A stretch of 64,000 bases of DNA, taken from assembly GCF_009914755.1 (NCBI RefSeq), contig NC_060926.1, one strand, 5' to 3'. The position numbers and the translations under genes were made by a program. This document shows positions 52,001 to 64,000 of the stretch, in pieces (the first letter of the stretch is position 1; every line of letters starts with the position of its first letter). The DNA is from the human T2T-CHM13v2.0 reference genome, Homo sapiens. Below the pieces are notes generated by a model that saw only the letters and a program-made list of their open reading frames with translations, ran no database searches and was not told where the DNA came from.

Positions 52001-52640
52001 TGCTGGGAGAACCACTGCTCTCTTCAGAGCTGTCAGACAGAGTCACAGGGTCATTTAACTCTGCAGAAGTTTCTGCTGCCTTTCGCTCAGCTATGCCCTG
52101 CCCCCAGAGGTGGGATCTACAGAAGCATCAGGCCTTGCAGAGCTGCAGTGGGCTCTGCCCAGTTCGAACTTCCCCAGCCGCTTTGTTTACCTACTCAAGC
52201 CTCAGCAATGGTGGAAAACCCTCCCCCTGCCAGGCTGCTGCCTCACGGGTCGATCTCAGACTGCTGCACTAGCAGTGAGCAAGGCTCCGTGGACATGGGA
52301 CCCGCCAAGCCAGGTGTGGGATATAATCTCCTGGTGTGCCATTTGCTAAGCCTGTTGGAAAAGTGTGGTATTTGGGCGGGAGTGTCCTGATTTTCCAGGT
52401 ACAGTCTGTTATGGCTTTCCTTGGCTAGGAAAGGGAAATCCCCTGACCCCTTGTGCTTCCTGGGTGATGCGATGCCCTGCCCTGCTTCGGCTTACCCTCC
52501 ATGGGCTGCACCCACTGTCCAACCAGTCCCAATGAGATGAACCTGGTACCTCAGTTGGAAATGCAGAAATCACCGTCTTCTGCATCTATCACGCTGGGAG
52601 CTGCAGACCAGAGCAGTTCCTTTTTGGCCACCTTGGAACA
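49059..52640 (-). mobile_element. L1PA6/7-like element with full 5' UTR, ORF1 and ORF2 EN; 3' half lost
   Basis: ORF1 ATG at 51599; ORFs 50561-51136 (ORF1 RRM/CTD) and 50274-50513 (MTGSNSHITILTLNVNGLN); 5' end ttccaaggtggcc (degenerate YY1 site). Confidence 0.96.
52208..52390 (+). other. L1 ORF0 homologue (antisense 5' UTR ORF), 60 codons then premature stop
   Basis: MVENPPPARLLPHGSISDCCTSSEQGSVDMGPAKPGVGYNLLV... is colinear with recalled L1HS ORF0 MAGAPPPASLPPCSLISDCCASNQRDSVGVGPSEPGVGYSLVV... Confidence 0.8.
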
Positions 52641-52644
52641 GAAT

Positions 52645-52793
52645 CTCTGGAGTCTCTTTTAAAGACATTAATCCCATTCATGCGGCCTCATGACTAATAG
52701 CCTCCCATAGGCCCCCACCTCTTAATACAATCAATTGAGGATTAGGTATCACCATGTGACTTTTGAGGGAACACAAACATTCAGACCGTAGCA
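52645..52793 (-). mobile_element. MST/MLT1A-type LTR 5' portion (target of the L1PA insertion)
   Basis: attaatcccattcatg...cctcccataggccccacctcttaatac...aacattcagaccgtagca. Confidence 0.8.
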
Positions 52794-54283
52794 CCCTCCA
52801 AAGGTCGGAAATGAGGCCAACACACAACTGAACAGGAGCTTCACTTAAGGCACTTTGGAATGTAAATAACCAAACCTAACTCCAGCTAGTTTGTCAAAAA
52901 AGCAGTTAGGCTTCCAGATAGAAGTGAAATTGGAAGCTAGAACTACATTAGGAACCTAGAAGAGGTGTTTTCTTCATTTCTCATCTCTGCTTCTCTTTAC
53001 CTGCCTGATTCATTTGTTTTTCATTCTCTATGACCTGTTTTCTCAATTTGTCTGTTCATAGCCATCAATCCCCTGCAATTCCACCTCTCCCTGGCCCACC
53101 AATGCTCAGTTTTCATATGGCCATCAGTTCCAGAAACATACAGAAATTAACTGAATTGAGTTTGTACCCTGTTCTCATCAGCACTAGTGGAAAAGACATA
53201 GGAGAGCATCCCAAGCTGTACATATGGGAATCAGAATGGCCCCTGTGAATGGACAGGAAGTTCTCAGAAGCCATTTGGATTGCAGAGATAATCAGGTATA
53301 CCTGCATGGAATATAGATTTGCACAAAGTAATGTATTTGAGAGTCTAAAGTATAGGAAATTAAGTAATATCAGAATCAGTCAAATCAAGTTACAGATTTT
53401 ACTACCTTAACTACCACCCCATCCCCCTGACCAATGGTAGCTCAGGTTTTAAAGCATCAGTAGGTTGTAAGACAAATACCCTTTGTCTTTATTCTATTTA
53501 GACCACCCTCTGTCTACTAAGTTACCTCGTTAGCTTTACTTCTGATCTTTGGAAGAAGACTGGATAGTAGAAAGAGTAGCTTTCCATCTGAGCTTGTAAC
53601 CATCTAAGAAAAACTGATCAATCTGCTTCCAACCATCTTGCAAGAACAATACCTTCCTTGTCCACACACACCCCAGATGCAAGGTGAGATCCTGATAATA
53701 TAGGGAGTGGTTGAGGTGTGGAAGGAAAGAGAATCCATGGCCAATCTTGGTGAGAGGTTTTTCCTCAAGCTGGGGCAGTGATTAAACACACCCCTGTTAC
53801 ATGGACAATAACTTAATTATCATGCTAATATGCAATTACAAACTGAGGTGAGTGCTCCAAAGGAAAAAAAATTTAACAGCACCTAAGAAAAGGATCTGAC
53901 CTAGAATGGAGGGTCAGGGATGGTTTTCCTCCAAAAATGGCATTTGAGCTGAATTTTCAATGACAAGTGGGAGTTAACTAGACAAAGGGAAGAAGAGCAT
54001 GGCAATGCGAGGACCATGGTGTGTTCTAAGAGCTGGACAAGAGTCAATGTGGGCTGCAGAAGAGAAAGTGATTTAATGTAAGACTGGGAGGAAAATGCAG
54101 ATCATGCAACGGCTAGTAAGTCAGATTAAGAACATTGATAGTTAAGCCAGGAAAGATGGGAAGCCATGGAAGGAATTTAAGTTGTGAAAAGATCCCTCTG
54201 ACTGTAGTGTGGAAAATGGATGAAGAGACACCAGAGTGAAAGCAAGGAGGTTATTCCACGTATCCAATCAATAGATAATAAGC

Positions 54284-54553
54284 AGCTGGGCATGGTGGCT
54301 CACACCTGTAATCCCAGCACTTTGGGAGGCCAAGGTAGGTGGATCACGAGGTCAAGGGATCAAGACCATCCTGGTGAACCCCTGTCTCTACTATAAATAC
54401 AAAAATTAGCTGGGCATGGTGGCACATGCCTGTAATCCCAGCTACTCAGGAGGCTAAGGCAGGAGAATCACTTGAACCCAGGAGGCAGAGGTTGCAGTCA
54501 GCTGAGATAGTGCCACTCCACTCCAGCCTGGTGACAGAGCAAGACCCTGTCTC

Positions 54554-54582
<29 letters not shown>
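54284..54582 (+). mobile_element. AluS (Sc-like) within L2
   Basis: ggatcacgaggtcaagggatcaagaccatcctgg; long A tail. Confidence 0.94.
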
Positions 54583-54584
<2 letters not shown>

Positions 54585-56327
54585 CAGAGAGAGAGAGAAT
54601 AGTCAAAGACTAATGGATTTCTTCTGCTCTTCCCAACTTGTTTCTGGTCTTTCATACGACTTTAGACCTCAAAAGTCCTTGACATTGTGAAAGACCTCAT
54701 TCCCACTTTCTATAGTTAGTTTTCTCTTTGTTGTTGTCATTGTTTGTTTCAGGACCTTAACATTTTAATTCTGCCCTATATCACTTTCCCTTTTTAAAAA
54801 ACCTCATTCTATTTATAAGAACCATCTTGGATTTTAAAATATACACTAAAACAATTTAACATCCCAGACTTATACTTACCCACATCCCTGACCCTGTCTT
54901 ATTCTGAGAGATTTCCCCTCTTCTCAGTTTCTTATTATTCTTTGGGTGTTATCCTTGGTTTTAAGTGCTACACTTTGAGGACCATTAAAAAAAATGTGTC
55001 CAGAGAATAATAATCAAGATAGTGAATAAACCTCAAACACAGGAGATTTGTGAAATCTCAATATTTTGCTTAACAAAGGGAAACCTTTGGGATTGAAATG
55101 GCAGATGCCTTCCAAATGCTATCACTAGAAATAAGTAGAAATTTTTTTTTTTCCTGTGTTACCCAAATGGTCAAAAATAGGACTAATTGTAGGATATCAA
55201 ATGTGTACAAATGTATGCTTAAATATAGCAACCTTAGATCTTTCTATTTATTGTCTGAAAGTGGAATAGGCTATTTTGAGATGCAGTGAACTTTCAATCC
55301 TTGGAGATATTTAAATAGAATCTGGACAGTCACATGACAAGAAGTTGGGGAGAATCAACCACCAGATGGAGCTGAAACAGAGTGAACTTCCAGGTCCACC
55401 TTGAACCTTCCCCTCTAGTGCCTCTATTGTTCCATCAGCAACACTAATGCAGGGGACAGTGGACATGGGCCTTATTTTTAGGCCCCAGGTGACTTAGAGG
55501 AGACCACATCCCTGAGAGAGTCAGGCTGCTGCTTTTAAGGTGCGAGTGTGTGTTTAGGTAACTGCATTTCAAAAAGGTGTCTACTATTTTTTTTCCTTTG
55601 GTTAGTCATTGGTTGCAATTATCTAAATTTCAGTCCCTTCCATTAGCATGGATTATCATTTAACTACAACACAGAATGCATACTTCTTGCTACTGATTTA
55701 CATAAGACAGTTACACTTAAATCAGTCATCAAATTGGTAAAAGACAAATTGCTATTTTAAAATACGTTTTTAAACAAGATTTTTCAGGAAAGAAAAACCT
55801 ATACAGACCTTAATTTCTTTTAAAAGCCCACATTTTATGTGCTTCAGATAAGCAGATTTGGTGATATTTATTTAAACTTGGCATGCCTAGTAATTACAAC
55901 ATAATATTTGGTATTGAGTAGATTCTGGTTACAAGTTTCTTTTCCAACACCTGGACAATTTAGCCCAAAAGGAAAAAAGCAAAGAAGAAATTGGTCATGC
56001 TGACATGACCCTAAAACTTAATTCAGTCATTGTATTCTACCTTTTCCTCATCTCCCCAAACACACAAGAACAACAGTACTAATTATTGCTCTGCAGATGT
56101 ATTAAATTTCCAATGTTAAGCTCTGTATATGGAGATGGCTTCAGCAACCCAATGAAGCAGAAGTTCTGCCTCCCCCTCACACCATACATACATAAAAGCT
56201 CATATTAAAAACCCCTTCCATCAAAATAGCTAGAAAAGAATAATTCAAATGTTCCTAGAATCAAGAAAAAAATAAATATTTAAGATGATGAATATCTCAG
56301 TTACCCTGATTTGAAAATCTTTACACA

Positions 56328-56661
<334 letters not shown>

Positions 56662-57494
56662 TCAAACTATCACAAGTACCCTGAAAATTTGTGCATCTCT
56701 TATATTTCGATTTTTTAATCCCTTCCATATATCCTACTCTCACCACCTTCACTCTCAATGTTTAAAAGAAAACATCCTCTTTTGTTACTATATGTCACTC
56801 TTGCTTCTTTTTACTTTAAACTCGTAGCCGCTCTTCCTTTACCCCTGTTGCGTGTATGTGTCTATGTCTATACACACATATGCCTGTTTCCCTGATATTT
56901 CAGTGCAATATTCCAAGCGTATCTCTTTCCACACCCCTGTTTTTCTCTCACAATCAGGTCAGAGGAAGTGGAGGGAGAACAACAAACAGTAATGGACCAA
57001 AAAATATTCAGATAATGACCTGTCTTTTAACTTCTTACAGTAATACGTGGTACTTTTGAGTATTTATACTTTTCATCTTTAAAAATGTGTCTTTGAACAT
57101 CTGCAGAACTTGCATGACTATCAAATATAATAAGAGCATGAATTTTGGTGATGATAAACTTGGGTTTTAATGTAAGATAATATTCATATAGTCAGATCAC
57201 ACAAGTATTGGGAGAATCATTGTGCACTGCTGTGGGCATAGCATGTGTTACAGCCATTCAGGAAACAATCTGTTAGTACCTAGTGAAATTAAGTAACATA
57301 ACACATACAGTCCAGCAGTCCCATTCCTGGGCATATGTTGAATGATAGACAACATTAATAGATATTATAAGCCTAGTTAATACAGAAAAATCAGAAGCAG
57401 AATGAAACTTATAGCCAAATTTTTGCTTATGTATATTAAAAACACACACATCCACCAATACCACTATACATTTTATAAAGATTCATGTGTATCT

Positions 57495-57700
57495 TTGCAT
57501 ATATATGTAAACAAGTATATAATATATTTGATTTGTATATCAATATATACAATACAAATATATATATTCGTATATATTGATATACGAATATATATATTTG
57601 TATGTATTTATATACGAATATATATATTTGTATATATTATATATGTGCATAAAATATATATATTTGTATATATATTACATATATACAAATCTATAAATTG
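57495..57700. repeat. AT-rich (TA)n low-complexity tract inside an L1ME remnant
   Basis: Repeated tatacgaatatatatatttgta-like units. Confidence 0.85.
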
Positions 57701-59822
57701 ATGTCTATCAGGTAGGAGAAGTAGACACAGGATGAAGAGGAAATAAAAAAATAAGATAGGGACATTTCACAATTAACAGTAACATTAACTGTGAACTGAG
57801 AACCACAACTCAATTATGTCCACTTGAAGTTTAATAAATTTTAAAAATATACAATAAAACAAAAGTAATGCATACATACCATAAAAATGTTTAAACTCAT
57901 AAAGGTATAAACAAATCACTTTCCATCAGCTTCTGATACACCAGACGCATTCGTTTTCTACTGCTGCATAACAAAATATAGTGCCCAGTGCATGGAAAAC
58001 ACATATTACCCTTCCTTTTTGTGCACTTTATCAACAATTTAATGAATTAAATAATCCCAAATAGGGATCATTCTGGATCTTCCAAATTAGTTGAGAGAAA
58101 AGGGGTGCCCATAGAAGAGTAATAAAGATAGAAAGATAAGTAACTTTGAGCAAGGATAGAGAATAGTGTCCCTCTTTGCTCCCTGATCAAATTGGTCTCT
58201 CTGTTTCCTATAGCCTAATCTTGTCCAGTTTGATTGCCTTGATCAAGACCTGTCCCTCTTCCCATTATCTTTATTAATTGAAACATACACCCTCAAATCT
58301 ATACTCTCTGTGTCTTTCAAGGGGATATATAGATAATATAACTTAAAACAATATTGTGACATAACTGGATTTAACGTTAATGTGCTCTTGAGGAGCACCA
58401 TGTAGCATATACATCTAAGCAAGAATGTTTTTACTTACATAATGTACATAACCCAGGGATAAGAGTTCATTGGTGCAAACAGCAAACATCACTCCAGGTA
58501 GGAAGAGCCCACTGATGAGTGGATATTTGAGGCAGGGGAAATACTTGCAGTCATAGCTTCAAATTACACCATGAAAGTGGCCTTCTTCTCTTAAAGTTTG
58601 CTCTGCTGAGAAGAGCTCAGGAATCTAAGAAGATGCTGCACCTGACTGGGTGTGACTCCTACAGGAAGACCCCATACGTGACTCTTCAGCTTTCAACATG
58701 TGTTTCTTCATGAAGAAACAGCTTTTCCTTGCTCTAAACTCAAAAAAAAAAAAAAAGAAGAAGAAGAAGATTGATGTGAGAAGGGACCCAAGAGGGTTTT
58801 CTTTCTGATCTAAATAAAAGACTTTCTCTGGCAAGGAAGAGGAAATCAAACTCATTGTGTGTGGTATTGTGCCTTTGTCTCCCAAGGGAAAGAACAGCTT
58901 TTCCAAGGAATAGAATTCTTTCTTGCCTTTGCATCCACCAGTGTAGGGATCTGTGCAGACTGACACCTAGTGGTCTCCAGAACTCCTTTAGTAGCAAGAG
59001 TAAGAAGAACGTGTATGTGTGTGTGTTTCAGGCTTCGCGAAGCATCCTTTCTTCTTCCTACAGATTCCTAAACTATGAAAAAACTGAGTTGTTAATTGGT
59101 CTTGATTCCAATACCACATCTTTCTGACCATTAATATTTAATATCTGAGCAGCCCATAGATGTCACCAACTAGAAAGGAACAATGATTCTGATGTGTGAG
59201 AGCAATAATTTTGTCCAAATATGGAATAGAAAAGGCAGCAACAAAGCAAAGTATCCAATCCATCAGAATTCAAAGAATCAGTGGCTTCTGTAGTTGGAGT
59301 CTTCTGAGTTTATGCCAGAGTTCATCTCCACAAGATCCCACTCTGCCTTTAACACTTCACCCGGTGAACTTTTCCACTAGCCCATCTGTACTCCTGGTTG
59401 GACTGGAGAAGTTAAGGGGCTGAGAAGTGTATAATGTACTTGGGAAATCTGAATTTATCCTGGTAATTGATTGCTCTCCAGGAACCACTGGAAAACTCCT
59501 CCATGGTACATTAAGAGAGGTGTTTGTACTTCCTCCTACCAATAGATTATCTTCTAAAGAAGGCTCCAGAAAATTTTGAATTTGGCTTCCAAGGGTCTAC
59601 GTTGACAAGAACTTCTTTTTAGGTAACACACAAAATGAAAATGGAGGGAAGCCAACTAGAAGGTATCAGACTTAAATCTTATAAATTCCATTTGGGGGAT
59701 CAAAAAATTATAATACACATGACTGAGTTTGGCCACCAAAACAGGTAATAAGAGTAGATGCTGGAAAATAATACTGGAGGAAAGAATTTGGTGGGAGAAG
59801 TTAAAATAAATTAGCTCACATC

Positions 59823-60906
59823 TGTTGCGGGAAGTCAGGGACCCCGAACGGAGGGACTGGCTGAAGCCATGGCAGAAGAACATAAATTGTGAAGATTTCA
59901 TGGACATTTATTAGTTCCCCAAATTAATATTTTTATAATTTCTTATGTCTGTCTTTACTGCAATCTCCGAACATAAACTGTGAAGATTTCATGGATACTT
60001 ATCACTTCCCCAATCAATACCCTTGTGATTTCCTATGCCTGTCTTTACTTTAATCTCTTAATCCCGTCATCTTCGTAAACTGAGGAGGATGTATGTCACC
60101 TCAGGACCCTGTGATGATTGCGTTAACTGCACAAATTGTAGAGCACGTGTGTTTGAACAATATGAAATCTGGGCACCTTGAAAAAAGAACAGGATAACAG
60201 CAATGTTCAGGGAACAAGGGAGATAACCTTAAATTCTGACTGCCAGTGAGCCAGGAAGAACAGAGCCATATTTCTCTTCTTTCAAAAGCAAATGGGAGAA
60301 ATATTGCTGAATTCTTTTTCTCAGCAAGGAACATCCCTGAGAAAGAGAATGTGTCCTGAGGGGAGGCCTCTGAAATGGCCGCTTTGGGGATGGCTGTCTT
60401 TTATTGTCATAGCTGATGGATGAAATAAGCCCTGGTCTCCTGTAGCGCTCCCAGGCTTATTAGGATGAGGAAATTCCCACCTAATAAATTTTGGTCAGAC
60501 TGGTTGTCTGCTCTCAAACCCTGTCTCCTGATAAGATGTTACCAATGACAATGCATGCCTGAAACTTCATTAGCAATTCTAATTTCGCCCCAGTCCTGTG
60601 GTCCTGTGATCTTGCCCTGCCTCCATTTGCCTTATGATATCTTATTACCTTGTGAAGCATGTGATTTCTGTGACCCACACCCTATTCGTACACTCCCTCC
60701 CCTTTTGAAAATCACTAATAAAAACTTGCTGGTTTTACGGCTCGGGGGGCATCACGGAACCTGCCGACATGTGATGTCTCCTCCAGCCACCCAGCTTTAA
60801 AATTTCTCTCTTTTGTGCTCTTTCCCTTTATTTCTCAGACTGGCTGACACTTAGGGAAAATAGAAAAGAATCTACATGAAATATTGGGGGTGAATTTCAC
60901 CTGATA
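59823..60906 (+). mobile_element. MER11B/C solo LTR
   Basis: tgttgcgggaagtcagggaccccgaacgg ... gaatttcacctgata; perfect 6 bp TSD cacatc; internal ~90 bp tandem repeat. Confidence 0.95.
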
Positions 60907-61417
60907 CACATCCTAGTAGAAACCTGGGAGAATTGGTTTTCCCAGCTTTATAAACTAAAGGTTAACTGGCCCCAAACTTTGCAAGTCCCAGGCCAATTTT
61001 TACCTGAGACCTGGTAACAATTCATTACATTTTATAATTGATTTTAAAAGCTCATGCCAAATAGGATTCAGAGAATACTTTCTGTCCACAAAATTGAAAG
61101 GTGGACTCTGATGATTGACAAATGTGTTTCTCTTCGTCATCTCTACAGGCATGACTCTATCTGGTTGGACTTAGAAGACCTCTCCCAACCCATTACTTTG
61201 TAAGTTTTTCAACCCCAAAATGCATTGCAGTTTTTTTAATGAGCATCAAACCTGTTCAACCCAAAACTTTACATACATTTTTTCTCTACTTTTTATAGTT
61301 TCATGTTTTTGTCATCTTTAAATTTTCCCTTTAGAGCACTGTTGACTCCATGACCAGTCAGTTCTGCCCTACATTGCATTAGCTCAATAAAGATTCACCA
61401 TTTTTAAGTGAATACAT

Positions 61418-61486
61418 TGTAACAAACCTGCACATGTAACCCCTGAATCTAATATTAAAAGTAACAATAAGTAAAATAAGATAAAA
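61418..61486 (+). mobile_element. Very short L1PA 3' end
   Basis: tgtaacaaacctgcacatgtaacccctgaatctaa plus A-rich tail; flanked by tgaataca on both sides. Confidence 0.7.
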
Positions 61487-62627
61487 TGAATACAGAACCT
61501 GTGTCTTACCATATGGTTCGGTTTATGGTTGTTAGCAATATTTTTAATGTTATTTTAAAGATCTTTTTGAAGAAATAATTTCAAATGGGGTAAAATGAGT
61601 ATCAGTTTGATGGTCCTTTTAATCAATGTTGTCATACAGTGGTTGATTTTTCATTTTTGTTTTCAAAGACCTGGATGCATGTACTCCCCATTCTCAAAAA
61701 ATAAAATAAAATAATAAAGATAAGCATTCTCATACATACAGATGGCTTCATTCTACTGTCATGCATTTATTGGTCTTAATAGACAGTCAGCCCTACTTTC
61801 TACACCAAAGAGTTACAGTCAAACATTAGAAAAAAAAACAAAACCTATAGAAAAGTAGTTCATTCAAGAAATCAGGTGGACAATTTGTAGGTAATTCTTA
61901 GACTGCCCAAGGTAATACATTCTACTGGTGTTTTACCACATTATTGTATATCCCACATGGGCACTTGGTTATACCTCTTACAAAATATTTTTAGACTGAT
62001 AACATTGTGGACATGATTAAGTACCCAAGTTCTGGGGTCTTGAATATTATTCTTCAATGAACTGGAGTGAAAACAAAACTGCTTCTTGAGGAGAATTTTG
62101 GCCCAAACCAGGAGTCCCACTCCTCACCTTTTTGTGCATGTTTCCAGGAAAGGTGTCAGGGGAAGAGTGGCCTTTCATTGTGGGCATGTGTCCTTCCTTC
62201 TCAGGTTCTTCAGCTGTCCTCAGAGAATTTAATCCCTATCCCCAACTCTGCTGATTGGAAGAATACTCAGCTCACTTCTTTTAAAATATGCACAAAATCT
62301 TCTACTTGGTGCTTTTTACATCAGAAATGAGCAATTTGAATTCAAAGTCATTCAATATTTATCAAAAGTTGAGTTAAAGATAATACAGAAATTCTTCAGA
62401 AAAAAACCTATGAGCCTCTTCTTGCATCAAGAAGATAACTTAAGAAAAATAAAACAGTAAATTTAGAAAACTTGATTTCTAAGAAGAGGCATTAATTTGA
62501 AATATAAAACAATACAAGAAAAGTTTAGATATTCCTAGAATTATTTTACTAGAAAAGTTTGGAATATATTTCTAATTTTTGAGGTAAAATCATGGAAGAA
62601 AAATAAATATATAAAGAGGCAACTGTG

Positions 62628-62629
<2 letters not shown>

Positions 62630-62668
<39 letters not shown>
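62630..62668. repeat. (TG)19 microsatellite
   Basis: Read directly. Confidence 0.97.
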
Positions 62669-62670
<2 letters not shown>

Positions 62671-63184
62671 CAAATTTATCTGCCATTGACAGGTAAAGAA
62701 TCCCGGTGTGCCTGGAGGATATCAGATCCTGGAAGACAAATGTTCTTCCTTCCTCCATTGACATGCACTATTCTCTTTAGGAATATTATATTCAAGGTCC
62801 CAATGTGACTTTGAATATATACAACAAGTTCAAACAGCCTTCTAGCTTTATTGGCCACTGAGGTAATACTTCCCTTCCTTATCCTTCCTTATGCATGGAT
62901 GCCACAATACAATTTTCCATGCAGCTGAGAGATAATGTGATTCTGTCTTCCATTCCTCTCACCTCCCTGATTCTCTGCTCCAACCTGTCTAATTCAAACA
63001 GAGAATCACCTGGTGCTTAGCTGGCAGCTTGTTTGATTGCTGCCTGTTTCCTGCGTGTTTCTTGAGGAGACACAGAAGGCAGAAGAACAGGCTGTTTAAA
63101 GACATCTGTGTGGGGGGTGCGTGAGTGCACACACACACGGTGTGTGTCTGAGGAAACACGCATTTCCTGGTGGGTATTCCCCCC

Positions 63185-64000
63185 ATAAAATTCCCAAATA
63201 ACAGGATCCAAACATACATGAAACAAAACTTACAGAATTGAATAGAAAATAGACAATTCAATATGAATAATTGGAGATTTTAATCCTCACTTGCAATAAT
63301 GGAAAGAACAACACAACTGAATATCAGCAAGGAAATAAAGGACTTGAGCAACACTGCACAGCAACTTAATTTAGCAGACATCTATAGAACACAGCAGAAT
63401 CCAGCAACAGCAGAACACACTTTCTTCTCAAGCTCACATGGAACATTTTATAGGACAGACCATATGTTAGGCCATAAAATAAACTTCAGTAAATTTTTAA
63501 AAAGAGAATAATACAAAGTATGTTCTCCTACCACAATAAAATGAAATTAGAAGTAAATAACAGAAAGAAATTTGAGAAATTTACTAATATGTAAAAATTA
63601 CACAACACACTCCTAAATAACCAATGGGTAAGAAAAGAAATAAAAAAAAAATTAGAAAAATGCATCGAGATGAATCACAATGAAAATACAGCATATCGTA
63701 ATTATGGAACACAATGAAAACAGTACTTAGATATTTATAGCTGTAAATACCTATATTTAAAAAGAAGAAAAATCTTAAATTGATATCTTAACCTTTTGTC
63801 TTAAGAAACTAGAAAAAGAACAAACAAAAGCAAGGGGGAAGAAGAAAAGGATAAATACTGAAGTGTAAATAAATAAATAACAAGAAACCAATAGAGAACA
63901 TAAGCAAAAGTAAAATTTGGTTCTTTGAAAAGATTAATACAATTGACAAATGTTTAGCTAGACTGGGCCAAGAAACAAGAAAAAGAGTAAAATTACTAAA
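63185..64000 (+). mobile_element. Old L1M ORF2 endonuclease region (runs off the window)
   Basis: ORF 63299-63511 DIYRT..P.TAEHTFFSSSHGTFYRTDHMLGHK; upstream attggagattttaat (IGDFN). Confidence 0.88.

Noticed and set aside
45001-52640. Single L1 with a twin-priming 5' inversion
   Set aside because: Both halves contain the same ORF1/EN region and differ in 5' UTR type, so they are two elements
55993-56010. GGTCA-n8-TGACC as an oestrogen response element
   Set aside because: Spacer is 8 bp rather than 3; a 7 bp stem is expected by chance

Overview
Primate (human-like) nuclear DNA, AT-rich and CpG-depleted, most likely intergenic or deep intronic. I recognise no intact protein-coding gene, RNA gene or CRISPR array; the longer ORFs in the track are Alu, L1, ERV or pseudogene read-throughs. 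Roughly half the window is interspersed repeat: about 13 Alu/FLAM copies, many L1/L2/MIR pieces, two MER11 solo LTRs, THE1/MST/MLT LTRs, an ERVL pol remnant and DNA-transposon fossils (Tigger1, MER6A, MER5, MER53, MER63, probable hAT transposase remnants). The only gene-derived feature is a full-length RPL21 processed pseudogene (minus strand, ~35.9-36.5 kb), apparently inserted into a MER53. The structures most worth checking are: two convergent L1s fused at 49059 into a ~2.5 kb-arm inverted repeat; an L1 ORF0 frame with its first splice donor intact; a ~100 bp non-repeat duplication with a 58 bp perfect core; a direct-inverted-direct micro-triplication; a perfect 20 bp palindrome; and possible lncRNA exons. 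I found no convincing new biological system. Repeat subfamily names come from recalled consensus sequences, and the boundaries of old repeats are approximate.
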